A program made the position numbers and the translations under genes. Shown piece after piece: positions 10,921-20,664 of a stretch of DNA of 64,000 bases. The stretch covers positions 1,472,001-1,536,000 of the forward strand of contig CAUVXB020000001.1 of the NCBI GenBank assembly GCA_963555825.3, given 5' to 3'. The notes below the pieces were generated by a model. The model saw nothing but the letters and a program-made list of their open reading frames with translations. It was not told the DNA's origin and did not search any database. This stretch comes from Alphaproteobacteria bacterium. Its GTDB lineage: Bacteria > Pseudomonadota > Alphaproteobacteria > JAAXGF01. The number at the start of each line of letters is the position of its first letter. Position 1 is the stretch's first letter.

Positions 10921-13025
10921 TCAATGTCTGGCAATTTCGTAATCGACAGCGATTCGATCCTTGAGCCACTGACATACTGCGCGAAGCGGGGGTTCGTCGG
11001 CCCGATGCTCGGGCGTGACTAGTGTCCCGATTCCGAAGTTCGCATGATTTTCGCCTGCTGTTCAGCGATTTCGATTGTTCGGAGGCAGAAGCGCTGGATG
11101 GCGCCGAGGATGTCATCGGCGGATTTGGTCCATTTGAAGGGTTTGGGGTTCTGGTTTGTCGTGTCGATGTAGTCGAGGATGGTGCGCTCCAACTCCTTGG
11201 TGGAGCGATGGACGCCGCGCCTGATCTGCTTGTCGGTCAGCAGCCCGAACCAGCGCTCGACCTGGTTCAGCCAGGAGGCGCTGGTGGGTGTGAAATGGGC
11301 CTGCCAGCGCGGCCGTTTGGCGAACCAGTCGCGGATCGCCTTGGTCTTGTGGGTCCCGTAGTTGTCCATGACGATGTGGATGTCGAGATCAGCAGGGACG
11401 TTCGCCTCGACGAGGTCGAGGAATTTGCGGAACTCTCGGGCCCGATGGCGCGGGAAACATTTGCCGATGATCTCTCCCGTGGCGATGTCGAGGGCCGCGA
11501 AGAGAGAGGTCGTGCCGTGGCGCTTGTAGTCGTGGCTGCGCCGCTCCGCCTGCCCGGGGCGCATCGGCAAGAGGGGCTGGGAACGGTCCAGGGCCTGGAT
11601 CTGGCTCTTTTCGTCGACACAGAGAACCAGGGCACGATCCGGCGGCGCCAAATACAGACCGACGATGTCGCGGACCTTCTCCACGAAGAAGGGATCGCTC
11701 GACAGCTTGAAGGTCTCCGAGCGATGCGGCTGCAAGCCGAAGGCCCGCCAGATGCGATGAATGGTCGAGGGCGCGTGGCCGCTCGCCCGCGCCATCGAGC
11801 GAAGGCTCCAATGGGTCGCGTCCGGCGGCGTCTCTTCCAGCGTCAGCCGGACCGCTTCCGCGATGGCGTCATCGCCGATTTGACGCGGCGCGCCGGGGCG
11901 GGGTTCGTCGTACAGACCGTCGAGGCCCTCCGCCGCATAGCGGCGACGCCACTTGCCCACGGTGTCCGCGCTCGCCTCGAGACGAACGGCGATCTCCTTG
12001 TTCTCCAACCCTTCCGCCGCCGCCAAGACGATCCGAGCCCGCCGCGCAAGCCCCTGCGACGTCTTGCGACGACGAGACAGCGCCTCCAATTCGGCGCGCT
12101 CGTCATCGCTCAAAGAGATCGTCACCGCCACTCTCGCCATCAATCGCGCCTCCTAAAAACAAATAGAGACATAATCATATCAATTTATCGATCAGGACAC
12201 TAGATAGTATCGATACTCGGCCTTGCGGCACATACGCATCGGCCTAACCAGCTCTCCACTTACGAGCAGATCTCCCAGTAAAGCGCTCCGCCCCAAGGCG
12301 ACTCCCAAACTGTTTAGTGCCGCGTGAATCATCGAGAGAGAGTCGGTGAATACGAAGCCGGACCGTGCCATCAACTCGTCTTCGTTGACGTCTGCAAGCC
12401 ATGTTGGCCAGCCAATCCAGGGCTGCCGCCTGAATCCATCGATATCGTGAAGTAGATCGAAGTTTCGAAGATCTCGAAGGGTGTGGAGCGGCGGCCCCCG
12501 ATTGAGGAGCTTCGGACTGCAAACCGGGAAGATATCTTCGTCCGTAAGCAATTCAACATGCATGCCGGGCATCGCACCATCGAAATATCGAATAGCGATG
12601 TCCACATTCTCGGATGCGAACACGGACATATCGGTCGATGCATGCAAACGCAGCCTTATATCGGGCAGCCTCTGTGCGAAATTAGCGAGGCGCGGAATGA
12701 GCCAATTTACCACCATCGAAGGGAGTGCCGCGAGCGTAACGGTGCCGGTGAATCTGTCCTTTTGTATGACGGCGGAAGCCTTCGCAATCCGGTCGAGCCC
12801 TTCGGTCAGTTCGGGAAGGTAAGCTTTGCCTTCCTGGGTGAGTTCTAGACCGCGTGGCAGCCGGCGAAAGAGCTGTACACCAAGATGCTCCTCCAAGACC
12901 TTGACCTGCTGGCTAACCGCCGTGGGGGTCACATGGAGCTCGGCGGCCGCTCTAGAAATTCCCCCGTTTCTCGCGGCCGCCTCGAATGCGCGAACGGCAG
13001 TCAACGAAGGTAGCAGACGCGCCAT
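10921..13025 (-). pseudogene. GcvA-like LysR regulator interrupted by IS630 type C
   Basis: LPSLTAVRAFEAAAR HTH; frame continues past the IS as VTPEHRADEPPLRAVCQWLKDRIAVDYEIARH* ending at 10921. Confidence 0.88.
11022..12200 (-). mobile_element. IS630-family element type C, copy 1 (transposase 11019-12143)
   Basis: [20 protein letters not shown]; IR GTGTCC(C/T)GA; TA duplication in CTAG context, stop codon completed by the target TA. Confidence 0.95.
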
Positions 13026-13046
13026 GGGTATCACTCCAAATTTGGG

Positions 13047-13059
13047 TAAGAATTTCTTA
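13047..13059. promoter_or_regulatory. putative LysR binding site (T-N11-A dyad)
   Basis: TAAGAATTTCTTA dyad between the divergent lysR and target gene. Confidence 0.55.
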
Positions 13060-13454
13060 GCCTAACACGAATTATTATTGGTTTGTGGTATGGCTCCCGG
13101 CCTTGCATGATTTGGTTCACTCACCGACTTGTCGAGACCGCTGCGAGGAGACCGGATTATGGGCGCTCTGACATCCGATATGCAAAGGCTGATCCGCGAG
13201 CAGATGCTCGGGTTCGTCGCGTCCGTCGACGAAGACGGAACACCCAATCTGTCACCCAAAGCCACGATGGTTGTGTTGGACGACGATCTCATAATCTTCG
13301 GCAACATACGTTCACCCAACACGGTGGCGAACCTGCGCCGAAATCCCGTCATCGAGATCAACTTCGTCGATCAATTCGTGCGGAAGGGATACCGATTCAA
13401 AGGCACGGCAGAGTACATCGAAAGAGGGACGAAGGAATTTGGAGAGCTGTATGA

Positions 13455-14622
13455 TACCGCATCCGGCTGATCAGTTCGGATAGATGGTTTTGGGCCACCA
13501 GTGGAAGTCGATACGCCCCTTGAAGAGTTCGGGATTGGCATCGAGAGTGAGGCAGCGCCGGGCGACGACGGCGTCGAGTTCCTCGATGGTCTCGAAGTGT
13601 CTGTTTGCGACCGGCTCGTCGAGTACGGGCCAGAGACATTCGGCCGGTTGCAGCTGGGGCGTATAGGGCGGCAAGTAGACGAGGTGGAGGCCTTCCGGCA
13701 CCGTGAGGTTCGGCGCCGTGTGCCACCCGGCGCCGTCGATCACCAGGATGATGATGCGGCTCTGCCCAGCGCCGGCCTCGCGGGCGAAGAGGGCGAGCAG
13801 CTTCTCGAAGAATGGCTTGGAGACACAATTGGAGATGTACCAAAAGGTCTCTCCGCTGGTCGGCGAGACGAGGGCGGTGACGTAGAGCCATTTGAAGCGG
13901 TGGTGGCCGAGCGCCACCGGGCGCATCCCGCGCGGCGCCCAGCAGCGCCGGGCCAATGGCTTCAGACCGAGCCGGTGTTCGTCGCTGGCGAAGACTTCGA
14001 TCGGCGTGCCGGGGTGGCGCTCGGCTTCTTCCGCGACCAGGCGGTGAAGTTTTTTTTAAACGCCTGGCGTTCTTCCTCGCTCGCCGCCCCGGGGTTGTTC
14101 GGCCTGGGCACCTGCAAACTCCACTCGACTGCCTTCAGCGCCTCCCAGCCCCGTTGCGGCGCCACCGTCTCCAAGCCCAGTTCGCCCGCCATCCAAGCCG
14201 CCACCTTCGGCCCAGACCACAAGCCGCCGTCCGCCGGCGGCTTTTTCAGGCGCTCTTTCAACACCGCCAGGACTTCCGGCTTCAGGATCGTCGCCTCGGA
14301 GCCGTTCGAGCGTCGACGATCGCCCAGCGACGACGGGCCGAGCTTGTTGTAGCGAGAAAGCAATTGTTCGAGCCAGCGTTGGCCGAAACTCGTCATCTCC
14401 GACACTTCGCGAACCGTATGGCCTTTGGCCAAAAGCCAGATCACCTGGAAGTGCCGCGCCTCCGTCGCCTCCGACGCCGAGCGATACCGTCCCTCCAACT
14501 CAGAAAGCTGCAAATGTTCCTCGACATGCGCCATGTCCCGCCCCTCCGCGAATCATGACTACGGATCCTAACCCTTTCCGATTCCAACGGGAATCCGTCG
14601 CAACCGAATCATTCAGGCGGAG
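13455..14622 (-). mobile_element. IS630-family element type B, first tandem copy (upstream terminus incomplete)
   Basis: ORFs 13962-14534 and 13471-13956 with an A8 slippery run; IDGAGWH, LPPYTPQLQPAE. Confidence 0.9.
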
Positions 14623-14630
14623 CTGTATGA

Positions 14631-15804
14631 TACCGCATCCGGCTGATCAGTTCGGATAGATGGTTTTGGGCCACCAGTGGAAGTCGATACGCCCCTTGAA
14701 GAGTTCGGGATTGGCATCGAGAGTGAGGCAGCGCCGGGCGACGACGGCGTCGAGTTCCTCGATGGTCTCGAAGTGTCTGTTTGCGACCGGCTCGTCGAGT
14801 ACGGGCCAGAGACATTCGGCCGGTTGCAGCTGGGGCGTATAGGGCGGCAAGTAGACGAGGTGGAGGCCTTCCGGCACCGTGAGGTTCGGCGCCGTGTGCC
14901 ACCCGGCGCCGTCGATCACCAGGATGATGATGCGGCTCTGCCCAGCGCCGGCCTCGCGGGCGAAGAGGGCGAGCAGCTTCTCGAAGAATGGCTTGGAGAC
15001 ACAATTGGAGATGTACCAAAAGGTCTCTCCGCTGGTCGGCGAGACGAGGGCGGTGACGTAGAGCCATTTGAAGCGGTGGTGGCCGAGCGCCACCGGGCGC
15101 ATCCCGCGCGGCGCCCAGCAGCGCCGGGCCAATGGCTTCAGACCGAGCCGGTGTTCGTCGCTGGCGAAGACTTCGATCGGCGTGCCGGGGTGGCGCTCGG
15201 CTTCTTCCGCGACCAGGCGGTGAAGTTTTTTTTAAACGCCTGGCGTTCTTCCTCGCTCGCCGCCCCGGGGTTGTTCGGCCTGGGCACCTGCAAACTCCAC
15301 TCGACTGCCTTCAGCGCCTCCCAGCCCCGTTGCGGCGCCACCGTCTCCAAGCCCAGTTCGCCCGCCATCCAAGCCGCCACCTTCGGCCCAGACCACAAGC
15401 CGCCGTCCGCCGGCGGCTTTTTCAGGCGCTCTTTCAACACCGCCAGGACTTCCGGCTTCAGGATCGTCGCCTCGGAGCCGTTCGAGCGTCGACGATCGCC
15501 CAGCGACGACGGGCCGAGCTTGTTGTAGCGAGAAAGCAATTGTTCGAGCCAGCGTTGGCCGAAACTCGTCATCTCCGACACTTCGCGAACCGTATGGCCT
15601 TTGGCCAAAAGCCAGATCACCTGGAAGTGCCGCGCCTCCGTCGCCTCCGACGCCGAGCGATACCGTCCCTCCAACTCAGAAAGCTGCAAATGTTCCTCGA
15701 CATGCGCCATGTCCCGCCCCTCCGCGAATCATGACTACGGATCCTAACCCTTTCCGATTCCAACGGGAATCCGTCGCAACCGAATCATTCAGGCGGAGTC
15801 GGTA
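14631..15804 (-). mobile_element. IS630-family element type B, second tandem copy, complete
   Basis: IR TACCGCATCCGGCTGA / TCAGGCGGAGTCGGTA; TGA on both flanks; ORFs 15138-15710 and 14647-15132. Confidence 0.93.
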
Positions 15805-15887
15805 TGACAGGTTCGAGCAATGGGGTGACTTGAGCAAAGAAATACAGGGAATCGTGAAATTGAGGGTGGAGCGCGCGCGGCCACTAA

Positions 15888-17062
15888 TACCAGTGAGCCT
15901 ATGAAATCACCTTCATGATCCATGGATAGGCGCAGAGGGTTCGCATACGATCCGGTTCTGCGATGAGGTCGATCCATGCTTGGCAACAGGCGTCGATGAT
16001 GGCCTCGGTGTCGTCGAGGACGCGGAGCGATAGGAAGCGTTCGCGTAGGTAGAGCCAAACCCGCTCGACGGGGTTGAGTTCGGGACTGTAAGGCGGCAAC
16101 AGCGCCAAGGTGACGTTGTCGGGGACGGTGAGGGCGCGCTCGTCGTGCCAACCGGCGCCGTCGCACATCATGACGGCGTGCGCATCCTGGTCCAGGGTAT
16201 CGGCGAAGTGTGCGAGAAACAGGTCCATGACCTTGGCGTTGACGCTCGGCATCACCAGGGTGACGTCGTCGCCGGTGTCCGGGCGCACGGCGGAGAAGAT
16301 GTAGGCCCACTGGTAGCCGATTTGACGCGTCCCGGGGGCACGCTCGCCCCTGCGCCACCACCGGTGACACACCCGGCCCTTGTTGCCGACGCGCGCTTCA
16401 TCCTGAAACCACAGCTGTAGGCGCTTGTCGGGATGCGCCGCGGCGGTCGCCTTCAGGATGTCGCGAAGCCCCCTTTTTTGAAGCGCTCCTGCGCTTCGGC
16501 GTCCCTTCGCGGGTGGCTCGGGCGCGCCTTCTGGCGGGAAAATCCCATCCGCCGTAGAACCCGGGTCATGCTCGAGGGGTGGTAGGTCTTGGCGAAGCGC
16601 TCCTCCAGCCAGCGGCACAGATCGGCCCGGGTCCAGGCGCAAACCCCGTCGCGCTCAGGCTCCGGCCCGGCGATGATGACCGCCGCCAGCGCCGCTTCCT
16701 CGTCTGCCGTCAGCCGCCGCGGCGAGTAGCCCTTTGGACGGTCGTGAAGCCCCTCCAATCCCTTTGCATTGTAACGAACAACCGCGTCGCGAAGCGTTTG
16801 GCGATCCATCCCCGCAAGCCGCGCGGCATCAGCCCGGGGCATCTCCTCCAAAGCATTCGCGATCCCATAGGCCCGCGCCGCCGCTCGACCGTACGATTCC
16901 ACGCGAGCCCAGCGCCGAAGCTCCAAAGGCGTCAAATCATCCCGTATCTTGAGTGCTGATCCCATGACATCCCCCACATCTGGTGGGAGACCATAGAATC
17001 ACAATCCGCCATCATCCGCCATCAATGAATATCCCGAGAGTCAATTCAGGCGCTCACTGGTA
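15888..17062 (-). mobile_element. IS630-family element type A, complete
   Basis: IR TACCAGTGAGC / GCTCACTGGTA, TAA on both flanks; ORFs 16453-16977 and 15899-16642. Confidence 0.95.
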
Positions 17063-17276
17063 TAAGTACTCCGGCATATGATATCGGAGCAACAGAGAAA
17101 GAATTACGGGCGCATTGGCAAGACCATTTCAAGGCTATACAGCCAGAAGATCGATAGTGTTGGCGATTTTCCCCTAAGAGCACGATCAAGGGGATAATCG
17201 ACAAACTCATAGCGGTGATGGATAGGTTTCAGCCGGTTGTCACGTACACGGCTATTGACGGTCGGGTGAAGTTTCG

Positions 17277-17411
17277 CGGATCCGGGATTAGCCATCAGCG
17301 GTCATTCGCGTCGGTGCGCGGAGAGGCGTTAAACGACCGATTTCGACCCGAGGCAGCCATTCGGAGCATGTGGCTCCAATGCCCGGTTTCGGATCACTTT
17401 TCAGTCGTCCA
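17277..17411. repeat. array of 3 degenerate ~33-bp palindromic units
   Basis: ...CAGCGGTCATTCG; AAACGACCGATTTCGACCCGAGGCAGCCATTCG; CAATGCCCGGTTTCGGATCACTTTTCAGTCGTCC. Confidence 0.55.
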
Positions 17412-17423
17412 AACGCGAAGCCG

Positions 17424-17777
17424 CTAGCCGTCGTCGTCGCGCATGCGCCTCAAGACATCGCCCAGGCGCGCGTCCGGGTCGGCTGTCATCGCCTCGACCT
17501 CACGCCACGGGAACAGCCGCGCGATGACATAGGCCGTCAGCCCGACATAGCCCGCTATCACCAGCCAGTGGTCGTAGGCCGACCCTTCGCCGAACAGCGC
17601 GGCGAACAACGCCGGCAGCATGGCGAGCTCGACGCCGACGAGCCCGATGAACAGGCCGATCAGCTTGGCGCGCAGCGTTTGGATCGGACGTCGCCGCAGA
17701 CGGCGGACGAGCGCGATGGCGGCGATCAAGGCGCCGCCGCACAAGGCGAGAACGAGGAGCGTCCCGCCACCGACCAT
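17424..17777 (-). CDS. small membrane protein (3 TM)
   Basis: hydrophobic segments; directly downstream of the thioesterase. Confidence 0.65.
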   Translation of the reverse strand: MVGGGTLLVLALCGGALIAAIALVRRLRRRPIQTLRAKLIGLFIGLVGVELAMLPALFAALFGEGSAYDHWLVIAGYVGLTAYVIARLFPWREVEAMTADPDARLGDVLRRMRDDDG

Positions 17778-17783
17778 CCCGCC

Positions 17784-18173
17784 TTACTCCGGCGGTACCG
17801 GCCGCGGGCGGCCATCGGCATCGATCGCGACGAAGACGAAGGTGCCCTCGGTGACCTTGACCGTTTCGCCGCCGGCGCGCCGGCGCGCCAGGGTCTCGAC
17901 CTTGACCGTGATCGAGGTCGTGCCGGTCGCAACCACGTCGGCGTAGCAGCTCACCAGGTCGCCGACGTAGACCGGCTGATGAAACTCCATGCCCTCGACG
18001 GCGACCGTGACGGCGCGTCCCTTGGCGCGCGCCGCGGCGGCGATGCCGCCGGCGATGTCCATCTGGCTCATCAGCCAACCGCCGAAGATGTCGCCTGACG
18101 GGTTGGTATCGGCCGGCATGGCAAGCATGCGGACGGCCGGCTGGCGTTCCACGATCGGTGTCGGATCGGACAT
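17784..18173 (-). CDS. acyl-CoA thioesterase (YciA-like hotdog fold)
   Basis: AMPADTNPSGDIFGGWLMSQMD motif. Confidence 0.93.
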   Translation of the reverse strand: MSDPTPIVERQPAVRMLAMPADTNPSGDIFGGWLMSQMDIAGGIAAAARAKGRAVTVAVEGMEFHQPVYVGDLVSCYADVVATGTTSITVKVETLARRRAGGETVKVTEGTFVFVAIDADGRPRPVPPE

Positions 18174-18222
18174 GCGGGCTCCTTACACCAAGGAACAGGC
18201 GACGATCACTGGCGCGCCGGCC

Positions 18223-19422
18223 TCACAACTTGATGTGCTCGCCGAGGAATTTGACGCCCATGATGTTGTTGGCGAACTGGCGTACCTCGCAGTTGTAGGC
18301 ATTGCCGCCCGAGATGCGCAGGACGACGAAGCGCGGGCAGTCGAAGTGCGACGGGAACTGCAACCGCGCGCCGCCCTCCGATAGATTGCGCACGACGCAA
18401 TCGACGATCGACGTTTCGTTGTTGAATGAGATCTTGCCGCCCTTGTAGACCTTGAAGCGCGGATGCGACCGATGTTCCTGCTTGTCCATCTGGACGAGGT
18501 TCGCGGCGTCGTCGGCGGCCTCGGCGACCGCGGTCTGGGCCGCGCTCTCGGCGGGTAAGCCAGGCGATTCGCGCACCATGAGCGACAGCAGGGTCGGGTC
18601 GGGCGTTTCGAGCATGCGCAGATAGGCCGACAGCGCCTTGCGCTGCTGGCGCAGTTCGGTCACGTCGTTCGCGATGCCCGCGACGCCGGTGATGTCACCG
18701 TCACGGGTCAGGGCGCGCAAGCTGAGGATGATGATCCGTACGCTGGCGTCGGGACGGCGGACTGTCGCCTCGTGATTGGACACGAAATAACCGTCCTCGA
18801 TCACCTTGGCGACCAGCGCCTCGGCCTCGGCCGGGTCGTCGCTATCGATCAAGCCGGCGAAGGACGCACCGATCAGATCGGCGACCGGCCGGCCCGTCAT
18901 CTCGGCGGTCATCTGGTTCGCGCTGGTGATCTTGCCCTCGATGTTCAGCGAGAAGATCGAGATCGTCGCGCTGTCCATGACCATCTGGAGATGCTCGGCC
19001 TGCTCCTCGATCGTCCGGTTCGCCGCCTCTAGTCCTTGGGCGGCGTTCTTCAGTCCGAGGTGTGTCTTGACGCGAGCGCACAGCAGCGCATCGTCGATCG
19101 GCTTGGCGATCCGGTCGTTGGCGCCCGCCGCCAAAGCGCCCGCGATGCCGTCGGCCGCCTCCGCCAGCATGATGACCGGCAGGTCGGCCGCCGAGTGGGT
19201 CTTGCGGATTTCGTCGAGCACGGCCCGACTGTCCATGTCGGGTATCGTCTCGTCGAGCAGCACGAGGTCCAACGGGCCGTTGCCGATGCGCGCCAGCGCC
19301 TCCCTGCCGCTCACCACGGCCTCGACGCCGCATCCCTCGCGGCCAAGGCAAACCGCCAGGGCCGCCGTCACCGCCTCGTCGTCATCGACCGCGAGGATCG
19401 ATCGTTGGATTGTGTCCGTCAT
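18223..19422 (-). CDS. REC-PAS-PilZ signalling protein
   Basis: ILAVDDD...DLVLLD...KP receiver; PAS; PilZ RxxxR (RSHPR) and NLSEGG. Confidence 0.85.
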   Translation of the reverse strand: MTDTIQRSILAVDDDEAVTAALAVCLGREGCGVEAVVSGREALARIGNGPLDLVLLDETIPDMDSRAVLDEIRKTHSAADLPVIMLAEAADGIAGALAAGANDRIAKPIDDALLCARVKTHLGLKNAAQGLEAANRTIEEQAEHLQMVMDSATISIFSLNIEGKITSANQMTAEMTGRPVADLIGASFAGLIDSDDPAEAEALVAKVIEDGYFVSNHEATVRRPDASVRIIILSLRALTRDGDITGVAGIANDVTELRQQRKALSAYLRMLETPDPTLLSLMVRESPGLPAESAAQTAVAEAADDAANLVQMDKQEHRSHPRFKVYKGGKISFNNETSIVDCVVRNLSEGGARLQFPSHFDCPRFVVLRISGGNAYNCEVRQFANNIMGVKFLGEHIKL

Positions 19423-19689
19423 CGTCGTACCCACGCCCCCCAGAAAACGGCGGGAGGGATCGCTCGATACCCGGTCGATTGGAATTGTGCGCAGAAAAGT
19501 CGACCATAATCCCCCCCCGGAACTTCGACTACGCCGCCGCAACTTAGCGCGTCGGCGCACGGGCCGGAAGCGATTTGGCGATCGCATGCACCATGGTCTC
19601 AACAAACGACATCAATATAACGGTACAATCGCTTGTTATATCTATATAAATTTAAATCATAGGGGTCGGGGACACGGCCGTCCGTATGG

Positions 19690-20031
19690 TTACAGCGCGG
19701 TGAGGTCGAGTTCCAGTTTGGCGCCCAACCAGAGCGCAGAATCGCGGTGATCGACCAGGTCGTCACCGGTCTCGGGATGGATGAAGACGACGAGATCGGC
19801 GTGGTTGAGCATCAGCCACGGGACGATCGCCGGAAACACCTCGGGCGCGAACGCGACCTGGTACATCGCCTTGGGGTGCGGCCCGACGGGCTCCTCGCGC
19901 CAGCGGCCGAGGCGGACGTCGAAGGCGGCGTCGATTTCCTCGCGCAGGCGTTCCGCCGTCGCGCGGTTCGCCTCGTCGAAGTAGATGTGGGCGTGGTAGC
20001 CGTTGATCGTGGCCGTGTCGCGTGCGCTCAT
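19690..20031 (-). CDS. DOPA 4,5-dioxygenase family protein
   Basis: YHAHIYF, PVGPHP, IHPETG..DH..WLG. Confidence 0.9.
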   Translation of the reverse strand: MSARDTATINGYHAHIYFDEANRATAERLREEIDAAFDVRLGRWREEPVGPHPKAMYQVAFAPEVFPAIVPWLMLNHADLVVFIHPETGDDLVDHRDSALWLGAKLELDLTAL

Positions 20032-20366
20032 TCGACGGGCTTGATCCCCTGGCTGTCGAACAGCTCCTTGAGCTCGCCGGTCTGGAACATCTCGCGGATG
20101 ATGTCGCAGCCGCCGACGAACTCGCCCTTGACGTAAAGCTGCGGGATCGTCGGCCAATCGCTGAAGCTCTTGACGCCATCGCGCAGCGGCGAATCGGTCA
20201 ACACATCGATGCCCTTGAAGCGGACACCCAAGTGGCTGAGGATCTCGACCACCGTCGCCGAGAAGCCGCACTGGGGAAACACCGGCGAGCCCTTCATGAA
20301 GACGACGACCTCGTTTTCGGCGACTTCCTGGCTGATGCGCTGGTGCACGGGGTTCTGGTTGTCCAT
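20028..20366 (-). CDS. grxD: monothiol glutaredoxin Grx4
   Basis: PQCGFS, WPTIPQLYVKGEFVGGCDI. Confidence 0.96.
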   Translation of the reverse strand: MDNQNPVHQRISQEVAENEVVVFMKGSPVFPQCGFSATVVEILSHLGVRFKGIDVLTDSPLRDGVKSFSDWPTIPQLYVKGEFVGGCDIIREMFQTGELKELFDSQGIKPVE

Positions 20367-20397
20367 CGCTTTCATTCCTTTCTTGACCGCGGCGCCT

Positions 20398-20637
20398 TCA
20401 GGCGTCGTCGGGTGCGGCGGTCTGCAGCATGAGCGCGTGGAGCGTGTCGCCCATGCGGCCCTGCAGCGCCTTGTAAACCATCTGGTGCTGTTGAATGCGG
20501 CTCTTGCCCTTGAAGGCCGGCGCGATGACCTGCGCCGAGTAATGGTCGCCGTCGCCGCGCAGGTCCTCGATCGTGACCTTCGCGCCGGCGATGCCATCTC
20601 GGATCAGGCGTTCGATCTCGGCGGCGTCCATGGCCAT
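20398..20637 (-). CDS. BolA family protein
   Basis: GDGDHY...FKGKSRIQQHQMVY...LHAL. Confidence 0.93.
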   Translation of the reverse strand: MAMDAAEIERLIRDGIAGAKVTIEDLRGDGDHYSAQVIAPAFKGKSRIQQHQMVYKALQGRMGDTLHALMLQTAAPDDA

Positions 20638-20664
20638 GGCTTTACCCCTTTACCGGCGCACCGT

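Larger units (their letters stand above)
13159..17157 (+). pseudogene. pyridoxamine 5'-phosphate oxidase-like FMN-binding protein split by IS630 B (tandem) and IS630 A
   Basis: Fragments 13159-13454, 15808-15887 and 17066-17157 rejoin in frame: ...EFGELYDRFEQWGDLSKEIQGIVKLRVERARPLSTPAYDIGATEKELRAHWQDHFKAIQPEDR*. Confidence 0.88.
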
